Virus record (IMG/VR): IMGVR_UViG_3300045988_101018 | Span: 61,635 to 125,634 of that record | Length of the DNA: 64,000 nucleotides | From: a virus | Direction: 5' to 3' (one strand) | Shown: piece after piece, positions 48,858 to 58,817 of the stretch | Position numbering within the stretch: the stretch's first letter is position 1 | How the letters are laid out: every line of letters begins with the position of its first letter | Notes under the pieces: model-generated | The model's database searches: none | What the model saw: the letters and a program-made list of their open reading frames with translations, nothing else | Told to the model about the DNA's origin: nothing | Made by a program: the position numbers and the translations under genes

Positions 48858-48882
48858 TTTTCGTGGCAGTCCGCATTGCATC
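48858..48882 (-). promoter_or_regulatory. hairpin AGTCCGC-ATTGCATCA-GCGGACT at 3' end of gene 48900-49241 (weak terminator, no U-run)
   Basis: read directly. Confidence 0.3.
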
Positions 48883-48899
48883 AGCGGACTAAATATGTA

Positions 48900-49241
48900 T
48901 CAACAAACATAGGCAATGATATTATAGCAGATATTTGCAATGGTAAAAAATATAGAACACCTAAAATCTTCCGTCAATTTAAACTGCACATCACATACGC
49001 TGTCAAAAGAGAAATTTGAAATAGTAGTTTTAAAGCAGTCATTCCGTCTGATTATCATTCTATCGTCCTCTAGCGAAGCTGTGACATTTTCTTCAAAAGA
49101 CCTTAAAATAAATGTATATGGTCTTGCTATATATGTATCTATGTTTACCGATTCAAACTCTATCTTGTCTTCGAGAACACGTTTAAGCTCGGTCTTATCG
49201 CCATTGGAAAATCCGTATTTACTATAGTCGAACATATGCAA
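48900..49241 (-). CDS. hypothetical protein
   Basis: 113 aa ORF. Confidence 0.45.
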   Translation of the reverse strand: MHMFDYSKYGFSNGDKTELKRVLEDKIEFESVNIDTYIARPYTFILRSFEENVTASLEDDRMIIRRNDCFKTTISNFSFDSVCDVQFKLTEDFRCSIFFTIANICYNIIAYVC

Positions 49242-49350
49242 ATGCTCCTCTCAAGAAGTGTGTTGTGAAATATTTAGAATATAGCAATACTTCACAACAC
49301 TAAGATATTAGCACCAAACCATATCATTTGCATCATATAAAATATTCCAT

Positions 49351-50292
49351 CTAAGAAGAGAAAATATCTATATGGCCTTTGACCATTTCCCTGAAGTTAC
49401 GCACTGGCGTATCGCACATGCTGCGCTTCAATTCATCTGAAATTATTCCATTCACTTTTCTATCCTTGTTATTATCCGCAAAGGCATCTTTGATATTTAT
49501 CCCGCACTTGTCTAATTCCAATGTTATCCTGTGCATTATTCCGCTCACATATATCTGTAGCGGCAGCAGATTATATCCAACATAGTTCTTAGATATATTC
49601 CGCAATAGCCTATAGTAACTGAACCTATAGGAATATTCCGAACTGCCTTTGCGATTCTCCACCTTGAAACAGCTGTCTTCATGCAATCCGACTATTGGTA
49701 TCTTGCATGTCCCATACCTGTTCCGTCTTTCCCATATATCAATTTCGCTCAGCTTAATCAAATCATCGGCTAATTTTTCCGATATAGATATATCATACGG
49801 CTCGCCATTATCGGGCTTTAACGTTGCTCCATCCCACCATATATTTTCCGCTCTAAGGTTTTTCACAACGCTCATATCATCATTATAGACACCTTCATAT
49901 AGGCTTCTAAACAATGTCTGTATATAAAATCCGTTATAGTCCTCATACATTCCTATATCATGGTATATCTTTTCAAACTGCGCATTGGAAATAAATTTCT
50001 TAGAAGCATTTGGTTTGGCTAATGACCAAAGAATATTCCGATCCAAATCATTCAACATATATTCCATATCTTTATTGCCAAGATATTTGGCATACAAACC
50101 AAGGATATATATAATAGTCGTTATAGCCTTTGGGCTATTAGGATTCATTCCTAATATAATATTCTGTAAATCAACAGGTGTGCAATTTGAATAATCATAT
50201 TCGCCTATAACACATAATGATTTAGCCACCTTTGCCGTGTTATCGGAATCAAATGTCTGTATAAAGTCATCAAAATTTTTCCGCAAAGACAA
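49351..50292 (-). CDS. hypothetical protein (313 aa)
   Basis: long ORF downstream of Int3; no recognised motifs. Confidence 0.5.
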   Translation of the reverse strand: MSLRKNFDDFIQTFDSDNTAKVAKSLCVIGEYDYSNCTPVDLQNIILGMNPNSPKAITTIIYILGLYAKYLGNKDMEYMLNDLDRNILWSLAKPNASKKFISNAQFEKIYHDIGMYEDYNGFYIQTLFRSLYEGVYNDDMSVVKNLRAENIWWDGATLKPDNGEPYDISISEKLADDLIKLSEIDIWERRNRYGTCKIPIVGLHEDSCFKVENRKGSSEYSYRFSYYRLLRNISKNYVGYNLLPLQIYVSGIMHRITLELDKCGINIKDAFADNNKDRKVNGIISDELKRSMCDTPVRNFREMVKGHIDIFSS

Positions 50293-50394
50293 GCGCTCCC
50301 TTCTCTTAGTTTTGTTTTATCACTCCAACGCTCTCCAATATCTAAGATTATAATAAACAAAGGCGGCTGTCAAAAAACAACCGCCTTATATCAA

Positions 50395-50580
50395 TTACTT
50401 TGCGTATGCCGCTACTGAAATTTTTCCGTATGACTGTTCGGCCTTACTCACATAGTAATCAAGATTTTCCATCTTCTTGACTATAGTTTTATTATCAACG
50501 CCACTCTCAATATCTTTCCAGTACAAATCCCAGTCAAATACCATGTTTGTAATGTCTTTTTTCCGACCAAAGATACCCAT
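50395..50580 (-). CDS. small hypothetical protein
   Basis: 61 aa ORF. Confidence 0.4.
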   Translation of the reverse strand: MGIFGRKKDITNMVFDWDLYWKDIESGVDNKTIVKKMENLDYYVSKAEQSYGKISVAAYAK

Positions 50581-50595
50581 GATACCAACCTTTCA

Positions 50596-51405
50596 TTAGA
50601 TAAAATCGTAACCAAGCTCAAGACTGTCGAACACGTCTTTGATTTCATCGTCCATAATGCCGATGTATTTTCGTGTAGTAGCCACGCTGCTATGATTGAA
50701 CACATAGCTTAGAATGACAAGCGCCTTGTCCTTATCTTCCGCATCATGCCACGCCCTAAAGCCGAATGATTTCCTCAAGGAATGGCTACCGATATTCTGA
50801 TTGATCCCAGCTTCCTTGGCTGCGCTCTTAACGATACGCCAAAGGGTAGTAGCCGCAATAGCACCGTCACCCTCACGGGATTTAAACATATACTCGTTTA
50901 AATTATCCACAGGAAATTCATTAAGGTACTCTACGACAACCTTCTTGACAGTGTTATTAAAGAACAGCTTAACAAACTTCTTCTGCTTGCGTGTTTTTTT
51001 AGGTTGCAAAGTATAGAAGTCCTTAAACTTATACTCCCCGTCCTTAACGCAGTCCAAGAAGAAACTCCATTTAAGCGTAATCAAATCGCTTGCACGCAGA
51101 CCGACATTGATGCCGATAACGAACAGCAACTTATTCCGACTGGCAAGCTGACGATGATGCTCATCGGTGGCTTCATTGATATGCTTGTCAAACACATCAA
51201 TCATAGACTTAATCTCTTCATCGGTACGGAAAGCATACACCTCAGAAGATACACCAGCAGGCTTTAATCCGCCGCTATTATCACGAGCCTTCGGACTTTT
51301 GGGTTTAACGTCTTTGGTGCCTATGATAACGCTAAACGGAATGATATTGTTCTGCTGCTTTTCTTCCACAACAACTGGCGCAAATGCTGGACTAGCCATT
51401 ATCAA
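50596..51405 (-). CDS. tyrosine recombinase (Int3), short form
   Basis: 269 aa; GLRASD (Arg), HSLRKSFG (HxxR), SVATTRKYIGI (Tyr); preceded by GTAGTTATCAAGTAG motif. Confidence 0.75.
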   Translation of the reverse strand: MIMASPAFAPVVVEEKQQNNIIPFSVIIGTKDVKPKSPKARDNSGGLKPAGVSSEVYAFRTDEEIKSMIDVFDKHINEATDEHHRQLASRNKLLFVIGINVGLRASDLITLKWSFFLDCVKDGEYKFKDFYTLQPKKTRKQKKFVKLFFNNTVKKVVVEYLNEFPVDNLNEYMFKSREGDGAIAATTLWRIVKSAAKEAGINQNIGSHSLRKSFGFRAWHDAEDKDKALVILSYVFNHSSVATTRKYIGIMDDEIKDVFDSLELGYDFI

Positions 51406-51450
51406 TCCCTTCCTCTCGTCTTTCTTTACTATATTCTACCTTATATCAAT

Positions 51451-51470
51451 GTAGTTATCAAGTAGTTAGC
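51451..51470 (-). promoter_or_regulatory. conserved motif GTAGTTATCAAGTAG (copy 1 of 4) upstream of Int3
   Basis: read directly; ~45 nt upstream of start codon. Confidence 0.4.
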
Positions 51471-51555
51471 TCATATTTTTGCAGTCAATTTTGAAAATAA
51501 AAAAGGGTGGAACGATAAACATTCCACCCATCTATTATAACCTATATATAAGGTG

Positions 51556-51774
51556 TTATTCTTCTAAATCAAGATCCAACTTATTCTTTTCAAACTTAAT
51601 ACGAAACTCGCCATTTGCAAACTGTCGCATAAGAATCTCTAGCACCGTATTCATAGAGAAACCAACCTGTTTGCAATAGGCACTGAAAGCGTCTTTAACA
51701 TCCTTGTCGATGGTTGTATTGAGTACAACCTTATTGTTTTCCACCATGCTAATCCCAATCCTCGTCACGCACAC
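51556..51774 (-). CDS. ribbon-helix-helix protein (RelB/DinJ/CopG-like) paralog 1
   Basis: 72 aa; LNTTIDKDVKDAFSAYCKQVGFSMNTVLEILMRQFA matches RHH antitoxin/repressor pattern. Confidence 0.55.
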   Translation of the reverse strand: MCVTRIGISMVENNKVVLNTTIDKDVKDAFSAYCKQVGFSMNTVLEILMRQFANGEFRIKFEKNKLDLDLEE

Positions 51775-51961
51775 GGGTAGACTTTACGGCCACAAAATCA
51801 TCGCACCATGAATCATCATCCAAGTATACAATCTCCCACTCATGCGCCTTGCAATAGCCTGCTTCATCGTCCTCAACTTCAAAGCCATTATCAAACGGCT
51901 CGCAATTACGACAGTTAGCGCAGCAGCGTGGATGAATCTTAGACATTTTTTCTCCTAACAA
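51749..51961 (-). CDS. small Cys-rich acidic protein
   Basis: 70 aa ORF, CCANCRNC. Confidence 0.4.
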   Translation of the reverse strand: MLGEKMSKIHPRCCANCRNCEPFDNGFEVEDDEAGYCKAHEWEIVYLDDDSWCDDFVAVKSTRVRDEDWD

Positions 51962-52303
51962 TTAGTACAAATCAAACTCACGAATGAAATAACATGAATT
52001 ATTATATGGATATTCCTCGTCATATGGCACATGCCACTCTATATATTCTCCACCATATCCGTTCTCGACCTGCTTTATATAGCCGCAATCATCAAGATAT
52101 TTAGCGGCATCATCATAGCTGGAAAAGATTCTATCTATGTCTTGATAGTTATCATCATACTCTTCTCCGTTATCATACCATACAACATATACCTTGTCTT
52201 TGACTGCCTGTGCCATCTTGGTAAACGTATCATCAATCTTTTTCGTTGCCGCCTGCGGAACTACAGTTGGCTCTTCCATGACAATAAAACCAACATCACT
52301 CAT
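51962..52303 (-). CDS. hypothetical acidic protein
   Basis: 113 aa ORF. Confidence 0.45.
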   Translation of the reverse strand: MSDVGFIVMEEPTVVPQAATKKIDDTFTKMAQAVKDKVYVVWYDNGEEYDDNYQDIDRIFSSYDDAAKYLDDCGYIKQVENGYGGEYIEWHVPYDEEYPYNNSCYFIREFDLY

Positions 52304-52458
52304 AATTTTCCAACCTAACTATATATATGGATAAACTCTAAGACAAGAAATGTCGTACAAAAAATAAAACAAAAGATTATAGTTTTCCAGTCATCGCTAT
52401 TCATACCCACGGTCTATCCTTTCTTCCGACTATCAACATACATGATACTACTTATCAT

Positions 52459-52480
52459 ATAGTTGTCAAGTAGATATTCC
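52459..52480 (-). promoter_or_regulatory. conserved motif ATAGTTGTCAAGTAG (copy 2)
   Basis: read directly. Confidence 0.35.
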
Positions 52481-52503
52481 AAACAAAAAAGACTAGCTAA
52501 ATG

Positions 52504-52713
52504 CTAGTCTTTAATATCAATCTTATTGCCCTTGCCTATCTTCAATACAAACTCGCCTGATACAAACTGTACCATGAACGTCTCCAATACCGTGTTCATA
52601 GGCATCCCAGCGCCTTTACAATGGGCTTTAAAGCTATCTAAAACGTCTTTATTTATTGTCGTATTAAGCATGGCACGCTCATTTTTCTGGACATTTACTT
52701 TCATACTTGACAT
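52504..52713 (-). CDS. ribbon-helix-helix protein paralog 2
   Basis: 69 aa; LNTTINKDVLDSFKAHCKGAGMPMNTVLETFMVQFV. Confidence 0.55.
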   Translation of the reverse strand: MSSMKVNVQKNERAMLNTTINKDVLDSFKAHCKGAGMPMNTVLETFMVQFVSGEFVLKIGKGNKIDIKD

Positions 52714-52766
52714 ACATAAGCACTCCTTTATATGTTACATTAGTCTAACTATATTGTATTGCATAT

Positions 52767-52790
52767 AAAAGTAGTTATCAAGTAGATAAG
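52767..52790 (-). promoter_or_regulatory. conserved motif AAAAGTAGTTATCAAGTAGATAAG (copy 3) upstream of RHH paralog 2
   Basis: read directly; ~55 nt upstream of start. Confidence 0.4.
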
Positions 52791-52853
52791 AAAGCAGGGC
52801 TTAAACAGCCCTGCTAAAACGTTTTACTTTTCCGTATAAGACACGATTAAAAA

Positions 52854-53267
52854 CTAATCGTCATACTCACCATACTTGCCATTAAGCCAGTCATTAGTGG
52901 TCTTTAGCATCTGTCCAAACGTCCAATAATAAGCGCCCTCGACATATTTATTCGTGAGAACGTTGTTAATAATATCGTTCTTAGTGATAGCAAAATCGAC
53001 CAGCTCGTCAAATGAACCGTTACCATCATAGACATAGTAAGTAACCACAAACAATTCATCATCAGACAACATCATTTCATTTGTCTGTAAAGAATCAGTA
53101 TACCAATCATTACCATTTGGATCAAGGGCAGAAGCCACGCACTCATGCTCGCCAGCACAATGCTCACTGTCAGCTACATAGACAATATCCTCAAGAACAT
53201 CCTCAATCGTATCGTCATAAGCCCAATAATCAGCATCTTCCATACTCTTGCAAATCGCAGTCAGCAT
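52854..53267 (-). CDS. hypothetical acidic protein
   Basis: 137 aa ORF. Confidence 0.45.
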   Translation of the reverse strand: MLTAICKSMEDADYWAYDDTIEDVLEDIVYVADSEHCAGEHECVASALDPNGNDWYTDSLQTNEMMLSDDELFVVTYYVYDGNGSFDELVDFAITKNDIINNVLTNKYVEGAYYWTFGQMLKTTNDWLNGKYGEYDD

Positions 53268-53290
53268 ATTATACTCCTTTTATGCGGACA

Positions 53291-54103
53291 CTAATAAACC
53301 TGCGATAGATTATTGCACATATTGAGCAGCGCGTCAAGGTGCCTTTGTATATCTTCTTTGAGCTTTTCTAAATCGGACTCATTCTTAATAACATTACCGT
53401 CAGCATCAAGCAGATAGCAATTGAAAAGCTCGCCGTCCTCGTCATAGTCACTGAATACAGCGACAACCATTCCATTCTCATACTTCACAGCATAGTCATA
53501 AGGCGTGAAATCTTCTGAAATAGTCTGTACACAATTATCAATAAAGCCATACTGATAACTGTTGTCGCCTACAAAATTATAGTTATCGTCAACGTCAACA
53601 CACGAAAGCATGATAAGCATGAAATAAAGCAGGGCAGATACGCAATTAGCATTATCCTTGACGTATCCATCATACCAATCATCCCAGTTGTTAGGTGTGA
53701 ACGATACATAACCATCGTGAGAAGTATACTTCTTCTCAAGAAACTCCTCAAAATTATCACGGTTCATGGCAGCATAGCCAAGCATATACTCACACAGTTC
53801 ATCCGTGTATGCAAAATCAAACAGGGTCGAATCAGTTTCAAAATTATACCACTTCGGATGATACGTGCCAGTATATGTCACTTCAAACTCATCATAATAA
53901 GACGGGAAAATATCAGTAAAAAAAGCATCCTCGATATAATCCACAGCGCACTTACCGATTTCATCATCAGCCTTGCCGCGCGTTGCATACGGGATACCTC
54001 CCCAAAGCTCTCCAAGATACGTCTCGTAAAGCCCACTGTCGATAAAGTTTCCGATACAAGTAGTGGAAGTCTGAATCTTATGGGTCATAGTTTCTTTCAT
54101 CAT
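53291..54103 (-). CDS. hypothetical acidic protein (start trimmed to MMKETM after AGAGAAAGG RBS)
   Basis: ~270 aa ORF. Confidence 0.5.
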   Translation of the reverse strand: MMKETMTHKIQTSTTCIGNFIDSGLYETYLGELWGGIPYATRGKADDEIGKCAVDYIEDAFFTDIFPSYYDEFEVTYTGTYHPKWYNFETDSTLFDFAYTDELCEYMLGYAAMNRDNFEEFLEKKYTSHDGYVSFTPNNWDDWYDGYVKDNANCVSALLYFMLIMLSCVDVDDNYNFVGDNSYQYGFIDNCVQTISEDFTPYDYAVKYENGMVVAVFSDYDEDGELFNCYLLDADGNVIKNESDLEKLKEDIQRHLDALLNMCNNLSQVY

Positions 54104-54321
54104 TGTAGTACCTTTCTCTAAGGTTCTTTCTCTTTCCTTGCCTAATAGTATATATAGTTGGCAACTACATGTCAACTATATTTCAAGTTCATATTTCCTC
54201 CACAAAAAAAATACCACGCCTTATAGACGGCAACGCAATGAAAGGAAAGAAAGTGAGAAAAAGGCGTGGGATAGCGTTGCCGCCTATGAGACGTGATATT
54301 ATATATTCCCATATGGTAAAA

Positions 54322-54549
54322 TTATAAGTTGCACCAAAAGTCATCTTCGGTAAACTCTGTACCGTGGTAAAGATTGTACATCAGCCAATCTGGAATATCC
54401 GTGGGGTATGTCGCGCTTGCCAAAACATTACGCTCCGTTGCAATCATCGGCGGCAACGCTTCTTGATTGTAGTAAAAATCAGTATACAGCTTGTCTTTAA
54501 GCTCATACATTTCATCATCGCTAAGCTGTTCAACCTTCATGGTAACCAC
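54322..54549 (-). CDS. small hypothetical protein
   Basis: 75 aa ORF. Confidence 0.4.
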   Translation of the reverse strand: MVTMKVEQLSDDEMYELKDKLYTDFYYNQEALPPMIATERNVLASATYPTDIPDWLMYNLYHGTEFTEDDFWCNL

Positions 54550-54583
54550 CTTTCTAAGTCATTGTAGTACGATTTAAGACACG

Positions 54584-54946
54584 CTAAGCCCAAGCGCGTG
54601 TACCAAACCCAACCTTGTCCCAACCACCCATTAAAAAGGCATACATCCATCCATCCACGATAAAGCACGCCTTCATCGGGTTGCTCTTATGGTCTTTCGC
54701 TTCGTCCTCATAGTATACGTTGACGATATTAACGATGCCCATACTTTGCAAATGCAACAATGCTTTACGTACATTGCTACATAGCTTTTCATCGCCAATA
54801 GCTTTTGCAAGCTCGCTATACGTACCCTCGAATACATCCATCTTCATAAGATAATCCATGATACGTACTTCTTGTTTGGTAAGCTCACGAAACTTGCGCA
54901 TAAGTGTATAAGTCTCGTCATAATCAAAACCCATAGTATTAGCCAA
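54584..54946 (-). CDS. winged-helix transcriptional regulator (MarR/PadR-like HTH?)
   Basis: 120 aa; EVRIMDYLMK...GTYSELAKAIG HTH-like segment. Confidence 0.4.
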   Translation of the reverse strand: MANTMGFDYDETYTLMRKFRELTKQEVRIMDYLMKMDVFEGTYSELAKAIGDEKLCSNVRKALLHLQSMGIVNIVNVYYEDEAKDHKSNPMKACFIVDGWMYAFLMGGWDKVGFGTRAWA

Positions 54947-54971
54947 TGTTATATCCTTTCAGTTAAAATTA

Positions 54972-55469
54972 CTAGAACTCACGGTTGCGTTTGCCTTTAA
55001 GAAAATCAATATGATTTTCTGCCTGCTTCATGGTCTTGCAATTAAAATCATTCTTTCCATCTTCAAATGTAGAATAATTATATCCAATTGTTTTAAGGTT
55101 ATCACTCGCTTCACGAATCTCCATGTTAGGCAAACGATAATTACTTTGCTGATAAACAATAACCTTGTCAATAGTAATCTTAACAATGCTGTCATCAAGA
55201 ATACCAGTGCCGCCAATAGAACGACTATTCTTAATCAGCAAAGGAATCTTGACGTTACCACAACTGCGGCTAACATAACCAATGGTATCGTAAATCTCCA
55301 TCCAGTCACGACCAGTTTCAGTATCTCCATAGAAAACACGAATACGCTCATGGTTTTTCATTGCACCATCGAGAATCTGAATAACCCTATCAGGCGTATC
55401 AAGACAATACCAAGTGTCGTTGTAAATCTTATAGTGCCTGCCATTGAACTCTTTAACCTGAATGTCCAT
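54972..55469 (-). CDS. hypothetical protein (start trimmed to MDIQVKEF after GAGAAAGG RBS)
   Basis: ~165 aa ORF. Confidence 0.45.
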   Translation of the reverse strand: MDIQVKEFNGRHYKIYNDTWYCLDTPDRVIQILDGAMKNHERIRVFYGDTETGRDWMEIYDTIGYVSRSCGNVKIPLLIKNSRSIGGTGILDDSIVKITIDKVIVYQQSNYRLPNMEIREASDNLKTIGYNYSTFEDGKNDFNCKTMKQAENHIDFLKGKRNREF

Positions 55470-55624
55470 CGCAGTTCCTTTCTCGTCTGCTCTTTCCTTG
55501 TCTATATAATACTCTAATCCAAAGAGATACAGTCGAGATTTTCCACCTTCACAGATCATACACAATTCATTTCAGTGTAATTTCAATTCATTACTGAAAC
55601 GACACCAAAACAAAAAGGGGCGAA

Positions 55625-55810
55625 TTACTTCGCCCCAAAAACATAATGCCACACACACCCATTACAGCATGGCACCCAAGTTTTCTTAGCACTACCATCG
55701 CTAGGCACAAGAATCGGCACATCATATTTCACACTAAGTTTTGAATGGCAGAAAGTACACTCACGCTCTTTATCTTCCCACCACTTGTTAACGCGCCTAT
55801 ATCTATCCAT
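55625..55810 (-). CDS. small zinc-binding protein
   Basis: 61 aa ORF, CTFCH...CCNGC. Confidence 0.4.
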   Translation of the reverse strand: MDRYRRVNKWWEDKERECTFCHSKLSVKYDVPILVPSDGSAKKTWVPCCNGCVWHYVFGAK

Positions 55811-55940
55811 GATAACTCCTAAAAGAACTATTTTAAGCTGTTATATACAGCCACCACAGCAACCCCATTCAACGTTCTCATTGACACAACGCTCAATCTC
55901 GTCTTTAATGTCTGCATATTTTCTCCGTTAAGATTCTATT

Positions 55941-56240
55941 TTAATCAGCGTTTAAAATAAGTCCGTTTAAATAATCACAACTAAAATCATTCGTAACATA
56001 ATAGACATCGTTGTCTAAGTCAAGCCAATAGACAAAATAGTTTGTATCCTTATGCCACTCCGCATACACATAATTTCGTGTTGCTTCAATGCTGTCATAT
56101 TCCTTCTCGTACTTATCAAGAATAGGCTTATAATGTTCCGCGACAATATCAGGGATATGAATCTCGACAAATCGCGTATCCTTATCGTCATTAAGTACAC
56201 GAATATCATCAGAAGCAATTTCAGAAAGCATTGCAATCAT
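55941..56240 (-). CDS. hypothetical acidic protein
   Basis: 99 aa ORF. Confidence 0.45.
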   Translation of the reverse strand: MIAMLSEIASDDIRVLNDDKDTRFVEIHIPDIVAEHYKPILDKYEKEYDSIEATRNYVYAEWHKDTNYFVYWLDLDNDVYYVTNDFSCDYLNGLILNAD

Positions 56241-56273
56241 AATTATTCCTTCCGTTAAAAGCGTGCTTTTATT

Positions 56274-56615
56274 CTAAGCCAAAACCCAGCTCATATCAAC
56301 GCCCATCTCGTACATGCCGAAAATATCAGGCTCGACACACGTAATATCGCCCTCATAATCCTCGATAAACGTATCGGTTTCAAACAAATAATCATAGCGC
56401 GTGCCATCGCCGATACCGTTATCCGCATCACGATTCAATACGCGCATGACGCGCATCGCTTCGGGCTTGGTGAAATGCGGATGCTCATAACCTCCGCTAT
56501 TCTTCTCGCAGAAACCGCGCCTACCGTATCCAACCAAATAAGCGTCAAAGACATTGCAATCGTCACCATCAAGACAAACCTTGACGGGCTTGAGAGTGTA
56601 AACCATATCGCTCAT
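56274..56615 (-). CDS. hypothetical protein ending in VDMSWVLA (shared C-terminal D[LM]SW motif)
   Basis: 113 aa ORF; C-terminus resembles those of the nuclease (25411-26619) and SSB-like (34198-35346) proteins. Confidence 0.45.
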   Translation of the reverse strand: MSDMVYTLKPVKVCLDGDDCNVFDAYLVGYGRRGFCEKNSGGYEHPHFTKPEAMRVMRVLNRDADNGIGDGTRYDYLFETDTFIEDYEGDITCVEPDIFGMYEMGVDMSWVLA

Positions 56616-56799
56616 TTCTGCTCCTTTTTTCCGAGCGCCTTTCCTTGACTACATATTACCAAAGATTTATTCCATATAGCCGAGAATCTTTGTCTACATA
56701 TCTTCTCCACGGATCCTCCACATTTATGTGTGTTGCAAATGTCTGATATTTTCCGACAATCGAAACAAAAAGCGCCCACAATAGGGCGCTTATATTGCA

Positions 56800-57432
56800 C
56801 TATCGTCTAACTGGCATAACCATTCCGAAACAAGTACGTGTATTCTTATAATCGCTAGTCATAATCTCCATAGCGCGTCCCTCGTACCCCATCATAATCT
56901 GAATAGGTGTATCTTTTCCGTAAGCGAGTTTTACAGCCGCGCAAATATCAGACATATAATCAGCATTTACCCATGCACTATACCCTTGGTGAGCCGTTCC
57001 GCCATTCTCACGCTGCGTCTCAATGATAGACTTATAGTCGATATACTTCCATCCAAACGCGGAAAGGTTGTTGAACTCAACAACATCACGCAACCAATTA
57101 TCAGACTTGTTCTCCTTATAGATATGCGCTGTCAAAGTATCATCATTAGGAAAATAACCAATGGTCACAGCGCTATCGGTTGACTTAATGTATTTCTTGA
57201 CCTCCTCGACATAGACAAGGAAATCAGCGTCATATTTTTCCGAAACATCAGCGGCATTATAATCAAGTTTATGCTCAAACTCAATCAGTTTATACCCATC
57301 GCTACCGACAATCGTATATTTGTCGTGACGAACCTTAATGAGCAGGCACTTAGCCCAGCTACGAATCTGGTCTTTATCGTATGCCAAACGAGCAGCTGCC
57401 AAAAGTTCTTTTGCATCCAAAGTAACGAGCAT
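56800..57432 (-). CDS. possible DNA sliding-clamp-like protein (start trimmed to MLVTLDAKELL after GGAAGGA RBS)
   Basis: ~211 aa; weak beta-clamp-like N-terminal pattern; very tentative. Confidence 0.3.
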   Translation of the reverse strand: MLVTLDAKELLAAARLAYDKDQIRSWAKCLLIKVRHDKYTIVGSDGYKLIEFEHKLDYNAADVSEKYDADFLVYVEEVKKYIKSTDSAVTIGYFPNDDTLTAHIYKENKSDNWLRDVVEFNNLSAFGWKYIDYKSIIETQRENGGTAHQGYSAWVNADYMSDICAAVKLAYGKDTPIQIMMGYEGRAMEIMTSDYKNTRTCFGMVMPVRR

Positions 57433-57517
57433 TGCGATTCCTTCCGTCTGGTTTGCTCCATGGCTTAATAATATCACGATTATGGCTACAACATATTTTC
57501 TCCACATAATTTTCCAC

Positions 57518-57548
57518 AAAAGAAAAGGGGAGCGGCTATGCGCTCCCC
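57518..57548 (-). terminator. rho-independent terminator (GGGGAGCGC...GCGCTCCCC + U-run on minus strand)
   Basis: read directly. Confidence 0.65.
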
Positions 57549-57685
57549 TAATCCGCTTGAAAGAACCACCAATCAAGCATCAACCACATTCATACCAACA
57601 CCAAACAAGGGCAGTATGCAACATAAAAGCTAGTTCGTTTTTGTTCCGTATCATTTATGTTGTACCAAACATTGTAATAAGTTGC

Positions 57686-57708
57686 TGCGTAGCTGTCAAG
57701 TAGTTTTC
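57686..57708 (-). promoter_or_regulatory. conserved motif GTAGCTGTCAAGTAG (copy 4) next to GAAAACTTTTTTCG element
   Basis: read directly. Confidence 0.35.
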
Positions 57709-57721
57709 AAAACTTTTTTCG

Positions 57722-58297
57722 CTAATTTTCCGCGCTGATATATCCAAGGTTAACCAACGTATTGCGCATACTACGGTAACGATGCACACTTACGTAGCTC
57801 GACACGGCACCATAAGGACTAAGCCCCTTATATTGATTCTTTTGAGGGAAGTATTCCACCACGGTATCACGCTTGTACACGATAGTCTTTTTGCGATTGA
57901 CCGTCATGCCATAGGGATGAAACACAAAGGTATTATTATCTTCCGTGTGAACGATAACGTTAGTCCTCAATAGGTCGAACACATCTTTAATGCGATGCTC
58001 CGTCACGTATAGATAGCCACTGATAGATTCATCTGTTGACTTAAAGCGATACCACGTCTTTTGATTCTTCACGATAGGCACATCGTACTCGACATTTCCG
58101 ACAAACCTATAGCCCTCTTTGTATTTCTTCCGAAGCTCGTCAACATCAGAATACTCCGATACCCAAATGTTACCGTCAACAAACATATGAAACCTTTCCG
58201 TCTTGCGTTTGCTTTGCTTTGCCCAAAGTATATCACACATATAACTAAAGGTATTTAATCCGATGCGTTTAAATCTAGTGATCCATATTCTCTCCAT
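57722..58297 (-). CDS. hypothetical protein downstream of DnaA-box-like/palindrome cluster (candidate origin-binding or regulator)
   Basis: start trimmed to MERIWITRF; ORF-track 5' extension covers the repeat cluster. Confidence 0.4.
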   Translation of the reverse strand: MERIWITRFKRIGLNTFSYMCDILWAKQSKRKTERFHMFVDGNIWVSEYSDVDELRKKYKEGYRFVGNVEYDVPIVKNQKTWYRFKSTDESISGYLYVTEHRIKDVFDLLRTNVIVHTEDNNTFVFHPYGMTVNRKKTIVYKRDTVVEYFPQKNQYKGLSPYGAVSSYVSVHRYRSMRNTLVNLGYISAEN

Positions 58298-58322
58298 AAA
58301 TATATATTCCGTCTCGTTATAT

Positions 58323-58470
58323 ATTCCACAAATAATAATCAAAGTGTGGAATATCTTTAACTTGTCCACAAAAAGCGTGGGAAACTCGCAAAAGTATCTC
58401 ACTTGTCCACACTTTCCGTGGACAACCATACCAAAGTAGGGTGAGTTGTCCACGTTTTTTGTGGAAAAAT
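58323..58470. repeat. cluster of TTGTCCACA / TATTCCACA DnaA-box-like 9-mers arranged as inverted repeats
   Basis: cttgtccacaaaaagcgtgg, cttgtccacactttccgtggacaacc, gttgtccacgttttttgtggaaaa read directly. Confidence 0.45.
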
Positions 58471-58762
58471 GAACATTCCTAACAAAATAGATATAATACA
58501 AAATAGATAAATATGCTTCGCAAGATTTTTCCGTATCAGTATATATAAGAAAATAAAAAAGGGCGGATAATTTTCCGTCCTCATATGATACTTTTCTTAT
58601 CTTGTCTTTGGTCGTGTATTTTATGGTCGTGTACCCCACTTTCAAAAGGGTCGATTTAAAGGCTTAGAGCGCGTTATTTACCCATATTTGCCCCGATAAG
58701 CACTCGACCCTAGTAAGTACCCATATTAAAAATACAAAGGCAAATAAAGCGTTTTATCGCGT

Positions 58763-58809
58763 AAAAAATGCAATACCCTACAAACGCATTTTATGGTGCA
58801 TCTGTAGGG
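58763..58809 (-). terminator. rho-independent terminator after hicA (CCCTACA...TGTAGGG + U-run)
   Basis: read directly. Confidence 0.6.
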
Positions 58810-58817
58810 TAATATGT

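Noticed and set aside
56612-56800. ORF 56612..56800 (62 aa) and several 60-70-aa ORFs at 60607..61520
   Set aside because: They overlap repeat arrays or lie in terminator/promoter DNA. They have no RBS and are compositionally odd.
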